A stretch of DNA of 64,000 nt from Octopus sinensis (GCF_006345805.1 NC_043024.1:8742001-8806000), one strand, 5' to 3'; positions 49,892-63,814 are shown, numbered from the stretch's first letter. The notes: generated by a model not told the origin, from the sequence alone. Program-made: numbers and translations.

Positions 49892-51540
49892 CAGAAGGCA
49901 TCACATGTGATCACTGGTTGAACAAAAATGCCATTACTGATACTATTTTCTAACATGGCATGATGTTGTTTGCTAAGACAATGTAATATGCCGTCAATTG
50001 GAAATGCCACCCTGGGATAAATTTAGAAAATATTTCTGGTGTCGAGTACATTCATACAATTCAACACAATGAACACTACTGGTTAAAACATTTCTTTAGA
50101 AACTTCCACCAAATTCATATACTGCAAGTTTGAGGAAGTTGTGTGGGACAAAATTAAAAAATGCAAAAACAAAAAAAAACAATGTATAGTTATAGAGGTC
50201 AGTTGCTTAGAACAGTTGTGGTGAAAGAGTACAGCAGGGTTCGCCACCACCACCACCACTCCACTGCCAGAGCCTCCTGGAGCTTTAGGTGTTTTTACTC
50301 AATAAACACTCACAACACCCGGTCTGGGTATTGAAACTGCGATCCCATGATAGCAAGTCCACTGCTCTAACCACTGGGCCATTGCGCCTCCACATATTTT
50401 TTAAAAATTTTATCTAGTTTCAGCTCACAAGCTGTGGCCATCCTGGGGCACCGCCATATATATCATCATCATCATCATTTAACGTCCATTATCTATGCTG
50501 GGCAAGGGGTTGGACAGTTTGACTGGGCTGGTACGCTGGAAGGATGCACCAGGATCCAGTTTGATTTGGCATGGTTTTCTACAGCTGGATGCCCTTCCTA
50601 ATGCCAACCACTCTGAGAGTGTAATGGATGCTTTTATGTGCCACTGGCACAGGTGCCATTTGCCTGACACTGGTATCTGCCATGACTGCGATTTTGCTTG
50701 GCGTGATGAGTCTTCTTCTCAAACATGACATATTGCCAAAGGAACACAGCCACCGCGCCTCTGTGAGGCCCAACACTCGTAAGGAACTCAGCCCCTTTGC
50801 CTACATGAGGCCTGACATTCAAAGGTTGATTTTTTTTGACATGCCTCTAGGCATGGGTGCACTCAGCTTGACGGTTCCTCTCACTCTCTCTCTCTATTGT
50901 GCCGGTGGCACGTAAAAAGCACCAACTGATCGTGGCCACTGCCAGACTCCCCTGGCACCTGTGCTAGTGGCACGTAAAAAGCACCCACTACACTCACGGA
51001 GTGGTTGACGTTAGGAAGGGCATCCAGCTGTAGAAACACTGCCAGATCAGACTGGAGCCTGGTGCAGCCTCGGGCTTCCCAGACCCCTGGTTGAATCGTC
51101 TAACCCATGCTAGCACGGAAAGCGGATGTTAAACGATGATGATGATGATGATGATGAGGGTGTCCAATGGACCGCCCTCTTCATCAAGCAAGTTTTGTTG
51201 AATTACCAGCTTAGTTGCCAATGACCTGACCATACAACAGGTTGTGCTGGGCTACATGATACCAGCAGCACTTGAGAGCAACCTGACCATATATATATAT
51301 ATATACATTTCTTTACTACCCACAAGGGGCTAAACATAGAGGGGACAAACAAGGACAGACAAAGGGATTAAGTCGATTATATCGACGCCAGTGCGTAACT
51401 GGTACTTTATTTATCGACCCCGAAAGAATGAAAGGCAAAGTCAACATCGGCGGAATTTGAACTCGGAACGTAACGACAGACGAAATACGGCTGTGCATTT
51501 CACCCGGCCTGCTAATGTTTCTGCCAGCTCGCCGCCCTAT
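47945..51540. repeat. Tandem duplication with ~1.68-kb period, bounded by three SINE B copies
   Basis: gcagaaggcatcac at 48202 and 49891; gagggtgtccaatgg at 49485 and 51156; SINE B tails at about 47945, 49637 and 51306. Each unit contains SINE C (-) and head-to-head RTE tails. Confidence 0.9.
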
Positions 51541-52402
51541 GTATACACATACACATATACATACATGCATACACTCACACCCAATTCGCACCCATTTTTG
51601 TCATTGCATCATATTGAAATTTGAAGAAAAACACATGCAGATGATGACGTTATACAGGAGTATTAGCATTAATAATGGAATATTTCAATCTAACAGAAAA
51701 CCTGTTTACACTTAGAAAATAAGTAGGCAAACTAATGTTTGAAGCATAAATAGAAATAAAATAAAATAAAATTTTACTAAAATACAAACGTAATAAAATT
51801 ATAAAGTGTGTTTCTATGTGTAATTTAATCAATGTTTTTGTTTCAGTTTGTCCTTTTTCTAACAGTACCGACAAAGTTTCAATTTCTAGTCCAGAGCTAG
51901 TTTCGTTTACATGTAGCTACGTTCTCAAATAACCATGTTTAACATTTTTGTTTGGCGAAGAAAGAAGAAACTTTGGTATTTCATAATGCCTGAGTCAGTG
52001 AAGGAGTCTCTGTTTGTGAGCGAAAGAAAAGAGAAAAAAAACAAAAAAAAAACAGAACTGATGGTATGGCTGCGTGGTTAAGAAGCTCACTTTACAACTA
52101 TCAGGTTTCAGGTTCAGTCCCACTGCAAGTATAGTACCTTGAGCAAGTTTCTTCTAGTATAAGTCCCAGGTCAACCAATACCTTATGAGTGAATTTGGTA
52201 TACAGAAACAGCAAGGAAGCCTATCACATGCACACACACATGTATATTAGACCAGGCTAGCAAATGTTATACACCACTGGTCACTATGCACTTCCTTGCA
52301 TTGTTGCAGACTTTTTTTGCTGAACCACTAAGGTACAGGGATGTAAACAAAATACCAATATCAGTTGCCAAGTGGCAGGGGAGGACAAACACATACATAC
52401 AC

Positions 52403-53133
52403 AGCTTATTCCATGTATCCGCAACCTGGATGGAGAAAGCCCCCCTCTCCTTCAATTAAGATGAAACCGTCGTAGATAGAGCTTTTCAGAGTGACCCCGC
52501 AGCCCACGCTCTGGAGCAGGAGTGAAGAACAGCTCTTTCGAGAGGTTACACTTTCCGCTTATGATGTTGTGAGGCCATGTAGGGGGACAGGGAGTTATGT
52601 ACGGGGAAGGTGGTCATACAAAGAGTTCAGGCCATTTCTGGTCAAGAGAGACTTTGAACTGAGCAGTCGTCGACATCTTCACTATCTCGTCCGGCAGCTT
52701 ATTCCACGGATCCGCAACCCGGATGGAGAAAGCCCCTCACCTTCGATTGAGATGAAATCATCGTAGATAGAGCTTTTCAGAGTGACCCCGCAGCCCACAC
52801 TCTGGAGCAGGAGTGAAGAACAGCTCTTTCAAGAGGTTATACTTTCCGCTTATGATGTTGTGAGGCCATGTAGGGGGACAGAGAGTTATGTACGGGGAAG
52901 GTGGTCATACAAAGAGTTCAGGCCATTTCTGGTCAAGAGAGACTTTGAACCGAGCAGTCGTCGACATCTTCACTATCTCGTCCGGCAGCTTATTCCACGG
53001 ATCCGCAACCCGGACGGAGAAAGCCCCTCACCTTCGATTGAGATGAAATCATCGTAGATAGAGCTTTTCAGAGTGACCCTGCAGCCCACGCTCTGGAGCA
53101 GGAGTGAAGAACAGCTCTTTCAAGAGGTTACAA
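52403..53133 (-). mobile_element. CR1-a 3' fragment tandemised as a 291-bp unit (~2.5 copies)
   Basis: Near-identical antisense ORFs at 52491 and 52782. Homologous (reverse complement) to 3760-4003. Confidence 0.9.
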
Positions 53134-53674
53134 CTACAAGTTGAAACTGCAGAAAAAAAAAATTAAAGATAAAAAACGTGGCCAGGGATTTCAGAGTGTG
53201 TGGCTTTCTGGAGAGAAAGAACTGGATGTAGTAGTTACTGTGAAAATTGTTGGTGGTGGTGGTGGGGACAAAACCCTCGAGTGAGTGACCAAAATAGTAG
53301 GGAGAGTGAGGGCTGGGGGCTGGGTGAACACCACTTGGACGAGTGAACAGGAGACTTGTAAGTAAGTGACACTCGAATACTTTGCCAGCTGCATGTATAT
53401 ATAGTATAGGGTTTTAAAAGGCAGAGGAACCAGCTGCACATGTGTGGAGCAGAGGGTGGTGTGCATTAGTGAGTGAACAACTTCATACCAGTTAATCAGG
53501 TGTTGCCTTCTTTTTACGTTTTTTTAGAAGTGGTTTACATTTACACCTCCCCCACCTGCTCAATACTTATGTTGGTTACAAACTTATCTATCTATCTATC
53601 TATGTATCTATCTATCTATCTATGTATCTATCTATCTATATACATATCTATCTATCTTTCTATTTCTCTCTCTA

Positions 53675-53878
53675 TCCGCTCAGTCGAAGTCGACTCTCGG
53701 TCACTCGTTGGATCTGTGTCCTCCAGTCAGTTCTATCCTGGGCTGCTTCTTTCAGATTGGCTATGTCCATTCCGGTATCACTCTTGATGGTGTCAAGCCA
53801 GCAGGTTCTAGGTCAGCCTTTTCCTCTCTTGCCACTGACCATCCGAGCATGATATCTTTCTCCAGGGATTTTCTCCGC

Positions 53879-53944
<66 letters not shown>

Positions 53945-54497
53945 CATATATATATATCCTCTCAGTCGAAGTCGACTCTCAGTTACTCGATGGATCAGTG
54001 TCCTCCAGTCAGTTCTATCCTGGGCCGCTTCTTTCAGATTGGCTATGTCCATTCCGGTATCACTCTTGATGGTGTCAAGTCAGTGGGTTCTTGGTCGGCC
54101 TCTTCCTCTCTTGCCACTGACCATTCCGAGCATGATGTCCTTTTCCAGGGATTTTCTCCACATAATATGACCAAAATATGCCAATCTATGCTTGGTGATC
54201 CCAGCTTCTAGCGACATTTTTGGCCTGATCTGCTTAAGAACTTCTCCCTTGGTCGGCCTCTTCCTCTCTTGCCACTGACCATTCCGAGCATGATGTCCTT
54301 CTCCAGGGATTTTCTCTGCATAATACGACCGAAATATGCCAATCTATGCTTGGTGATCCCAGCTTCTAGCGACATTTTCAGCCTGATCTACTTAAGAACT
54401 TCTCCATTGGTGAGCCTCGCTATCCATGGAATCCGTAAACATCTTCTCCAATACCAAAGCTCAAATGCATTAATTCTCTTCTGGTCAGCTTTCTTTC
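53675..54497 (-). mobile_element. BovB-like RTE LINE 3' fragments (three overlapping partial copies) within (TATC)n
   Basis: Composite minus-strand translation KKADQKRINAFELWYWRRCLRIPWIARLTNGEVLK.IR..MSLEAGITKHRLAYFGHIMRRKSLEKDIMLGMVSGKRGRGRPRTH.LDTIK...AAQDRTDWRTLIHRVTESRLRL follows the BovB ORF C-terminus motif for motif. Confidence 0.85.
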
Positions 54498-54585
54498 TAT
54501 CTATCTATCTATTCTATCTATCTATCTATCTCTATCTAACTATCTAACTATCTATCAATCTATCTATCTATCTTTCTATCTATCT

Positions 54586-54748
54586 ATGGCTGTGTGGTAA
54601 GTAGCTTGCTAACCAACCACATGGTTCCGGGTTCAGTCCCACTGCGTGGCATCTTGGGCAAGTGTCTTCTGCTATAGCCCCGGGCCGACCAATGCCTTGT
54701 GAGTGGATTTGGTAGACGGAAACTGAAAAGAAGCCTGTCGTATATATG

Positions 54749-54779
<31 letters not shown>

Positions 54780-54994
54780 TTGTGTGTCTGTGTTTGTCCC
54801 CCTAGCATTGCTTGACAACCGATGCTGGTGTGTTTACGCCCCCCCCCCGTCAATTAGCGGTTCAGCAAAAGAGACCGATAGAATAAGTACTGGGCTTACA
54901 AAGAATAAGTCCCGGGGTCGATTTGCTCGACTAAAGGCGGTGCTCCAGCATGGCCGCAGTCAAATGACTGAAACAAGTAAAAGAGTAAAAGAGT
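54586..54994 (+). mobile_element. SINE family A, young copy
   Basis: Matches the consensus. Confidence 0.9.
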
Positions 54995-54997
54995 ATG

Positions 54998-55590
54998 TAT
55001 CTACTACATCTGGGAAATTCTGTGTTTGTTTGTGGAGTTGTTAGCTAACTTCTCCTACATCGTTTTATCGATTTTGATGAAACTTGATACGTGAGTAGAA
55101 CTCATGTCTAGAAACCTCATGGGCATACTCAGATTGTTGAAAAAAATCGATAATTACAAATCAGCGGCCAATCGAAAAAAATCAATTGGTGTTTTAAATG
55201 GGAATTTCCATAAGGAAGATATCTTTTTGCAATAACTTCTGCATTTCTCAACCGATGCACTTCAAATTTGAGATACAGGTGGAAAATGTTACGAGGATGA
55301 CTATAAAGGAAAAATATTTTGCTTAGGCTGTAAGAGGACAAAAAGCTGCTTAAAAACAATATTTTCAATTTTATTGCAGCTTTGTATTCGCTTAATAACT
55401 CTTGCATTTAATATCCAATTCACTTTGAATTTGATTTGCAGATAGATTAAGTGCTAATGAGTGTATGAGAAGAAAAACTTTTTCCACAACCATTTTGTCA
55501 TCTCTCTTCTCCTTCAACCATTTCATTGCCTCTGTTTTCTTTCAACCATTTCGTTGCCTCTGTCGTCCTTCAACCATTTCGTCGCCATGT
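54998..55590 (+). mobile_element. Possible 5' part of a non-autonomous Helitron-like element
   Basis: Starts atctactac..ctgtgtttgtttgt and contains cgattttgatgaaacttg, typical of invertebrate Helitron-derived repeats (from memory). No 3' CTAG end seen. Confidence 0.35.
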
Positions 55591-55614
55591 ATATATATGT
55601 GTGTGTGTACTCCA

Positions 55615-55842
55615 ACCTATTTCTTTACTACCCACAAGGGGCTAAACACAGAGGGAACAAACAAGGACAGACAAAGGGATTAAGTCGATTACATCAACCC
55701 CTGGTACATAACTGGTACTTAATTTATTGACCCCGAAATGATGAAAGGCAAAGTCGACCTCGGCGGAATTTGAACTCAGCACGTAGCGGCAGACGAAATA
55801 CCGCTAAGCATTTCGCCCGGCGCACTAACATTTCTGCCAGCA
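55615..55842 (-). mobile_element. SINE family B
   Basis: Matches the consensus; ends at a junction-type acctatttc. Confidence 0.85.
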
Positions 55843-55999
55843 ACCAAACCAGCTCACAAGATTTTGGTCAGCCCAAGGTTATAGTAGAAGGCACTTGTCC
55901 AAGGAAAATTACAGTGGGACTGAAGCCAGAACTATGTGGTGGAAAGCAAATTTCTTACCACATAGCCATGCTTGCACCTACATACACACATAAATATAT

Positions 56000-56398
56000 C
56001 TTTACTATTTTACTTGTTTCAGTCATTTGACTGCAGCCATGCTGGAGCACCGCCTTTAATCGAGCAACTCAAACCTGGGACTTATTCTTTGTAAGCCCAG
56101 TACTTATTCTATCGGTCTCTTTTGCCGAACCGCTAAGTGACGGGGACATAAACACACCAGCATCGGTTGTCAAGCAATGCTAGGGGGACAAACACAGACA
56201 CACAAACACACACACATATATATATATATACATATATATATATACGACAGGCTTCTTTCAGTTTCCGTCTACCAAATCCACTCACAAGGCGCGAGGCTAT
56301 AGTAGAAGACACTTGTCGAAGGTGCCACACAGTGGGACTGAACCCGGAACCATGTGGTTGGTAAACAAGCTACTTACCACACAGCCACTCCTGCACCT
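56000..56398 (-). mobile_element. SINE family A, young copy
   Basis: Reverse complement of 54586-54994. Confidence 0.9.
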
Positions 56399-56654
56399 AT
56401 GTATGTATGTATGTATGTATGTATGTATGCATCTACTTATATATGTACATATGTGTGTGTGTGTGTGTGTGTGTGTTTGTGTGTGTGTGTATACACACTC
56501 TTATTTATTACATGCAAGCTTTTCAGATCTCTATTGCAAACAACCACATAGATGTTCACAAACACACACATACATACACACATATATGCACACATGACTG
56601 CAGTGTTATTGCTAATGAAATATATACTAAATTCTGTGCATTGTAAGCGTTCAA

Positions 56655-56687
56655 GGACACACACACACACACACACACAAGAGCATG

Positions 56688-56718
<31 letters not shown>

Positions 56719-57030
56719 TCAAAAGAGCATGAACATACACACACAGAAAGAGCATGCATACACACACACACACACACACACACTCAAAAGAGCATGAACA
56801 TACACACACAGAAAGAGCATGCATACACACACACACACACACACACACTCAAAAGAGCATGAACATACACACACAGAAAGAGCATGCATACACACACACA
56901 CACACACACACACTCAAAAGAGCATGAACATACACACACAGAAAGAGCATGCATACACACACACACACACACACACACACTCAAAAGAGCATGAACATAC
57001 ACACACAGAAAGAGCATGCAAACACACACG
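56655..57030. repeat. ~65-bp minisatellite (ctcaaaagagcatgaacatacacacacagaaagagcatgcata(ca)n), about 5 copies
   Basis: Directly visible. Confidence 0.92.
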
Positions 57031-57339
57031 CAAATTTGCACAAGTGCATGCATACATGCACATGCATACACAAGTGCTCGCACACACACACACACACACA
57101 CACGGAAGAGCATGTACATATATATACACACAGAAAGAGCATGCAAACACAAATGCAGGTATGCACACACCCATATGCACACAAGACCATGTGCACACAC
57201 ACGTGCACACACACGTGCACACATACACACACACACACTTACACACCATTTTATACAATAAAGACAGAAAGGTCAGTCAGATTGTTGGCTGTGTCCAGTG
57301 ATGGGGGTAGAGGGGGTGGGGAAATGAGCATTGTTTGAA

Positions 57340-57959
57340 GTGGTGGCGGTGGTGGTGGTGTGGTGGCGGTGGTGGTGACGGTGGTCATGGTGGTAGTGGT
57401 GATGGTGGTGGTGGTGGTCATGATGGTGGTGGTGGTCATGGTGGTAGTGGTGGTGGTGGTGTGGTGGTCATGGTGGTGGTGGTGGTGTGGTGGCGGTGGT
57501 CATGGTGGTAGTGGTGATGGTGGTGGTGGTGGTCATGGTGGTTAGTGTGGTGGTGGTTGTGGTGGTGGTGTCGGTGGTAGTGGTGGTGGTGGCGATGGTG
57601 GTAATGGTGATGGTGGTAGTGGTAGTGATGGTGTTGGTGAGGTGGTGGTCGTGGTCGTGGTGGTGGTGGTGATAGTGGGAGGGGGAGGGGCTGTATCAAA
57701 CATATAATAATAATGGGTGTGTCTGAAATAAACAAACCTGATAGAAGAGAAACAAAAGAGACAACAACAACAACAACCACAACAACAAAAACTACAACAA
57801 TTATGACAACAAAAATATCTGCTCTTCAAAGTCAAGTAGATTTTGTGGAATGGTATAGAATGGACTTACTATTACTACCACTACTACTACTACTACTTTT
57901 ACTACTGATATCATCTGACATTACAACTATTAACACTACCACCACAACCACTGCTGCTG

Positions 57960-57990
<31 letters not shown>

Positions 57991-58490
57991 CATCACCACT
58001 ACTGCTACTACCATTACCACCACCACTACCATCACTACTACTGCTACTACCATTGCCACCACCACCACCACTACCATCACTACTACTGCTACTACCATTA
58101 CCACCACCACTACCATCACTACTACTGCTACTACCATTACCACCACCACTGCCACCACCACTACCATCACCACTACCACCACCACCACCACCACCACCAC
58201 CACAACTACTAAAACTTCTATTACTACCACCACTACCATCACCACTACTGCTACTACCATTACCACCACCACCACTACCATCACCACTACCACCACCACC
58301 ACCACCACTACCACCACCACAATTACTAAAACTTCTATTACCACCATCACCACCATCACCACCATCACCGCCACCGCCCCACCAGAACGAGCACCAGCAT
58401 CACCACACCACCACCAGCACCATCACAACGGGCACCACCACCGCTGCCCCCACCAGCAGCAGCAGCACCACCACCATCACCATCACTACC
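57340..58490. repeat. (GGT)n tract followed by (ACC/ACT)n tract
   Basis: Directly visible; source of the poly-T/poly-V ORFs. Confidence 0.92.
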
Positions 58491-59311
58491 TCAAGAATGG
58501 TATATGGTATGGTGTGAAAGCAAAAGAATACCCAAGTAGTAAAGAGCTTAAATGCTTCCTGTTATTTGAACTTTGACACCAGCCAGCTGGGGATATGACA
58601 CATCTACTTAAACTACCTGTTCCTCATCCCCCACCCCCACACCACCAACACTTTGTATACTTAGCAAAGGCAAAGGGGTCCCCTCCACCCCCGAGGTGGT
58701 TGAGGAAGTAAGAAAATAACCAGCAATGATTGCCTCTTTACTAGTAGTATGATACCCCAAATTTCTTTATTACCCACAAGGGGCTAAACATAGAGGAGAC
58801 GAACAAGGACAGACATAGGTATTACATCGACCCCAGTGCGGAACTGGTACTTATTTAATCGACTCCCCCCCCCCGAAAGGATGAAAGGCAAAGCCAACCT
58901 TGGCGGAATTAGTATGATACCCCAAATTTCTTTCACTTGTTTTATCCAGTCATAGGACTGTGGCCATGTTGGGGTACCACCTTCAGGGGTATCCCAGGGT
59001 CCATATTGACCCTTGCGGTGGGAGCCCCCCCCCACCCGTATGAGGTTCTGTTAGTTAAAATCTACGTGCAATAAATTGGTTATTCTTTTATTCTTTTACT
59101 TGATTCTGTCATTTGACTATGGCCATACTGGAGCACCACCTTGAAGATTTTTTTTTTTTTTGGTTGAAGAAATCAACCCAAAGACTTTTTTCTTGGTAAG
59201 CCTAGTACTTATTCTATCAGTCTCTTTTGCCGAAATGCTAGGTTACAGGGATGTAAAGACACCGGCATTGGTTGTACAGCGATGGTGGAGGGACAAACAC
59301 AGACACAAAGG

Positions 59312-59541
59312 CACACACACATATACATACATACATACATACATACATACATACATAATGCTTACATGCATACATACATGCATGCATACATACATACATA
59401 CATACATACACACACATACATTTATACATACATACATACACACATACATTTATACATACATACATACACACATACATACATACATACTTACATACATGCA
59501 TGCATGCATACATACATACATACATACATAAATACATACAA

Positions 59542-59576
<35 letters not shown>

Positions 59577-59717
59577 TACATACATATATACATACATACA
59601 TACACACACACACATACATACATGATACATACATACATGCATACATACATGCATACATACATACATACATACATACATACATACATACATACATACGTAC
59701 ATGCATACATACGTACA

Positions 59718-59748
<31 letters not shown>
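59312..59748. repeat. (TACA)n microsatellite, the expanded internal repeat of a SINE A at 59085-59312 (-)
   Basis: Directly visible. Confidence 0.9.
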
Positions 59749-59752
<4 letters not shown>

Positions 59753-60035
59753 TCTGATCAATAAGTATCTGGACTGTTGCCATAGTAACAAAGCTAAAGA
59801 ATGCAGAGTGAAGCCACTTGACACAGATTGACCTTGAACTCTGCTGTACATGTACACTAAGTTTTAATGTTCTAGCTCCCTTTTGCTGTTTACAGCAATG
59901 CTTGGAAGGAACGTGTGTAGCATGTGATCATTGTATTGACCATGACAGAGAAAGTTGTGCAGAGAATCTGCATCAAATTTTGCCTAAAGTTTGGTGATAC
60001 TTGCTCAGATGCCTACGCAAAATTCTCAAAAAGTT
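59748..60035 (+). pseudogene. mariner element 5' end (TIR plus transposase N-terminus)
   Basis: End ggtctgatcaataagtatctggact directly after (TA)n; ATG at 59942 gives MTEKVVQRICIKFCLKFGDTCSDAYAKF (mariner QR..IKFC motif). Confidence 0.75.
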
Positions 60036-60737
60036 GAGATCCATTGGATTAGTGAAGCAAATCAACCCCGTACTTAGGGGGTTTTTTTTCCATTTTTTAA
60101 AACCTGGTAATTATTCTAATTTTCCCTTTTACCAAACTGCCATGTTACATGGACATAAACAAACTAACACTGATTGTCAAGTAGTGGACAACAGACATTA
60201 AATGAAGATGACGATGATGATGATGATGATATATATATATAATATAATATATATATATATATATAATATATATATATATATATAAAGGGAAAGTTTATGA
60301 AAATAAACAAAAGACGAAGGCAAATGGAGTACAAACAAATAAATGTATTAGTATGGCGCTTAGGAATAGAAAAAGTTTTTTACGTTTCGAGCCTACACTC
60401 TTCGACAGAAAGATACACAGAAAATAAAACAAGGAGAGAAAAAAATGCGTGTAGGAGCTAGCAATCTATCATGGCGTCCTGACTTCGGACAGTGATCAGA
60501 CGCAAGAGGGACAGTAGGGGAGATAACAGGGTTAAGTGACTTCCAATACGAAGGTGCCCCCAACACAAAGGTGCGTGTGTGTATAAGAGTATGTATGTGT
60601 GTGTGAAAGAGGGCTGGTGATCTGGACGTGTGTGTATGTGTGGGTGTGGAGATGTGGGGATGGGTGTGTGGGTGGTGTGTTGTGTGTATGTATAGGTGTA
60701 AAGATGTGGGGATGGGTGTGTGGGTGGTGTGTTGTGA

Positions 60738-60893
<156 letters not shown>

Positions 60894-61134
60894 ATACAGT
60901 GGAAGCTCAGTTTACAAATGCCTCCCATTGTGAACAAATCATTTCACGAACAATTTTTTTTAATATAAAACGTCTTGGATGACAAATGGTGTCTCAAGTA
61001 ACAAATACGCAGCTGCCAACAATGGTTGGTGACAAACAGAGTATCAGCTAAAGAGCTTCAGTTACTGTCTAGCTTTCATTCAGAGCACATCCCTGCTAGA
61101 ATTTGTTGAGCCGGCTCTTGAATTTCATCTGGGA

Positions 61135-61920
61135 AATACACTGAACCGCAAAAGAAATGCGATTTTTTCGAATGTCATTTTTATATGGTAAATTCTGAAA
61201 ATTTATTTCGGGGCTGTAAGTGTAACTATCCTAAGAAATGCTAAAAGTACCATACGAGTGTGATCGTTGCCAGAGCAACAAGCTGGCCTCCATGCCGATG
61301 GCATGTTAAAAACACCATTCAAGAGTGATCATTACCTGCGTCTCCTTACTGGCACTTGTGCTGGTGGCACATGAAAAAACATCCGAGCGAGGTCATTGCC
61401 AGTGCCGCTGGACTGGCTCCTGTGCAGGTGGCACATAAAAAGCACCATTTGAGTGTGGCCATTGCCAGTACCGCCTGACTGGCCCTCGTGCCGGTGGCAT
61501 GTAAAAGCACCCACTACACTCTCAGAATACACTGAACTGCAAAAGGAACGCAATTTTTTCGAATGTCATTTTTATATGGTAAATTCTGAAAAATTTATTT
61601 CTGGGCTGTAAATGTAAATATTGCAAGACATGCTAAGAGTACCATACGAGTGTGATCGTTGCTAGAGCAACAAGCTGGCCTCCGTGCCGATGGCATGTTA
61701 AAAACACCATTCGAGCGTGATCGTTACCTGCGTCGCCTTACTGGCACTTGAGCTGGTGGCACATGAAAAAACATTTGAGCGAGGTTGTTCCCAGTGCCGC
61801 TGGACTGGTTCCTGTGCAGGTGGCACATAAAGAGCACCATTTGAGCGTGGCCATTGCCAGTACCACCTGGCTGGCCCTCGTGCCAGTGGCACATAAAAGC
61901 ACCCACTACACTCTCGAATA
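61135..61920 (+). repeat. ~391-bp diverged tandem duplication containing family D UTR units
   Basis: aatacactgaac.gcaaaa at about 61135 and 61526. Confidence 0.85.
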
Positions 61921-62284
61921 AATTGCCTTGCTCAAGACATATCTTAACTTTTAAAGGTAAATTCATTGCAATTTACCATGGAGAAAAAAATTCTCACTTA
62001 CGAAGAGGTGAAAATGCATCGTCATTAGCTCAGTGGCATCCTCTCTTGGACCCAAAGAACACAATGCACTGGCTGATCTGGGAATTGAAACCACTATCTT
62101 ACAACCAATCGTGCACCACCACCACTACTATTACTATTACTACCATTATCATCACCACTACCACTACTATTACCATAACCACCACCACCACCACCACCAC
62201 CATCACCACTACTACTATCACTACTACTACTGTCGCTATCAGCATTATTACTACTAATACCACCACCATCACCACCACTGTCAT

Positions 62285-62319
<35 letters not shown>

Positions 62320-62654
62320 CCACCATCAACACCACCACCAATACGGCTACGAATTTCGCCCGGCATGCTAACATTTCTGCCAGCTTGCCACCTTTCATAT
62401 ATATTTTACATATATTTCATGAAGTTTTTCTATATTTACCTTTGTTGCAATGAATGCCTTTCAGTGGGCATCAGAGAATGGAGGACACCTATGAGTGACT
62501 TAGTAGTTAATCTGTCAGGTGGCCAAAGCATCAGGAGTAAAATTGGTTAAACAGAAACTGTGTGGAACCCTGCCAAATGAAGCACAATTAATTTAAAGAG
62601 CCAACCTGGTCTCACACAAAATATGTAACCAATAAGAGGGAATGAAGAAACCTG

Positions 62655-62875
62655 TGACCCACAGCAACCCACAGCGATCCACAGCGTCCCACAGCGGTTC
62701 ACAGTGACCCACAGCGATCCACAATGACCCGCAGCGACCCACAGCAACCCACAGCGATCTACAGCGACCTGCAGCGATCCACAGTGATCCACAGCGACCC
62801 ACAGCAATCCACAGCGACCCACAGCCACCCACAGCAATCCACAGCGACCCACAGCGCCCTCAGCAACCCACAGCT
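62655..62875. repeat. 10-bp minisatellite (GACCCACAGC)n
   Basis: About 22 units visible. Confidence 0.95.
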
Positions 62876-63002
62876 CCCTGTCAATAGAATTATTCATCAG
62901 ATATTTAGTTTAATTTTGTTGTGATTTTCCACAATTTATTCAGCGAATGGTGAAGTTTTCTTAATAGTTGAGAAACATTCTGTTGAAACTCTGGCTATGC
63001 CC

Positions 63003-63428
63003 AGCGCAGGAGTGGCCGTGTGGTAAGTAGCTTGTTTACCAACCACATGGTTCCGGGTTCAGTCCCACTGCGTGGCACCTTGGGCAAGTGTCTTCTGCTA
63101 TAGCCCCGGGCCGACCAATGCCTTGTGAGTGGATTTGGTAGACGGAAACTGAAAGAAGCCTGTCGTATATATGTATATATATATGTATATGTATGTGTGT
63201 GTGTGTGTTTGTGTGTCTGTGTTTGTCCCCCTAGCATTGCTTGACAACCGATGCTGGTGTGCTTACGTCCCCGTCACTTAGCGGTTCGGCAAAAGAAACC
63301 GATAGAATAAGTACTGGGCTTACAAAAGAATAAGTCCCGGGGTCGATTTGCTCGACTAAAGGCGGTGTTGCAGCATGGCCGCAGTCAAATGACTGAAACA
63401 AGTAAAAGAGTAAAAAAGTAAAAAGAGC
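63003..63428 (+). mobile_element. SINE family A, full length, young
   Basis: Matches the consensus. Confidence 0.9.
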
Positions 63429-63814
63429 AATGTGTCACACTGATTTTGTCCCAGAATTACATTAAGGCTACATATATCTATGGAATACCCAGCCCCAAAT
63501 TACACTATAATTAGATCCAGGACCTGTGATTAAAAGGCATAGCCATGTCACACTGGGTTAGATACTGATTCTACAGAACATGCGGATTAAGTAAATCTCA
63601 TGGTGTGAAGAATCAACATAGTACAATGTGCAGGGGAAGTAGAACACAACACAACGTGCGGTTGTCATAGTAACAGGCTGTTAAGGCCTCCCTGTCGGTT
63701 ACTTGGGCTAAAATTACCCCAATTTTTCCAACTTTAATTCCAAATAACATGAGATTCTTTAATTTACAAGCTAAAGTAAATTGGGTTTTTTTTCTTTTCT
63801 TTTGTTCTTTTTTT

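Noticed and set aside
51845-52020. Strong-looking plus-strand acceptor (tttgtcctttttctaacag|TACC)
   Set aside because: All three frames stop within about 70 nt and donors are weak; unsupported without RNA data.
53225-53582. Possible solo LTR
   Set aside because: TG...CA ends are ambiguous, and no TSD or second copy is visible.
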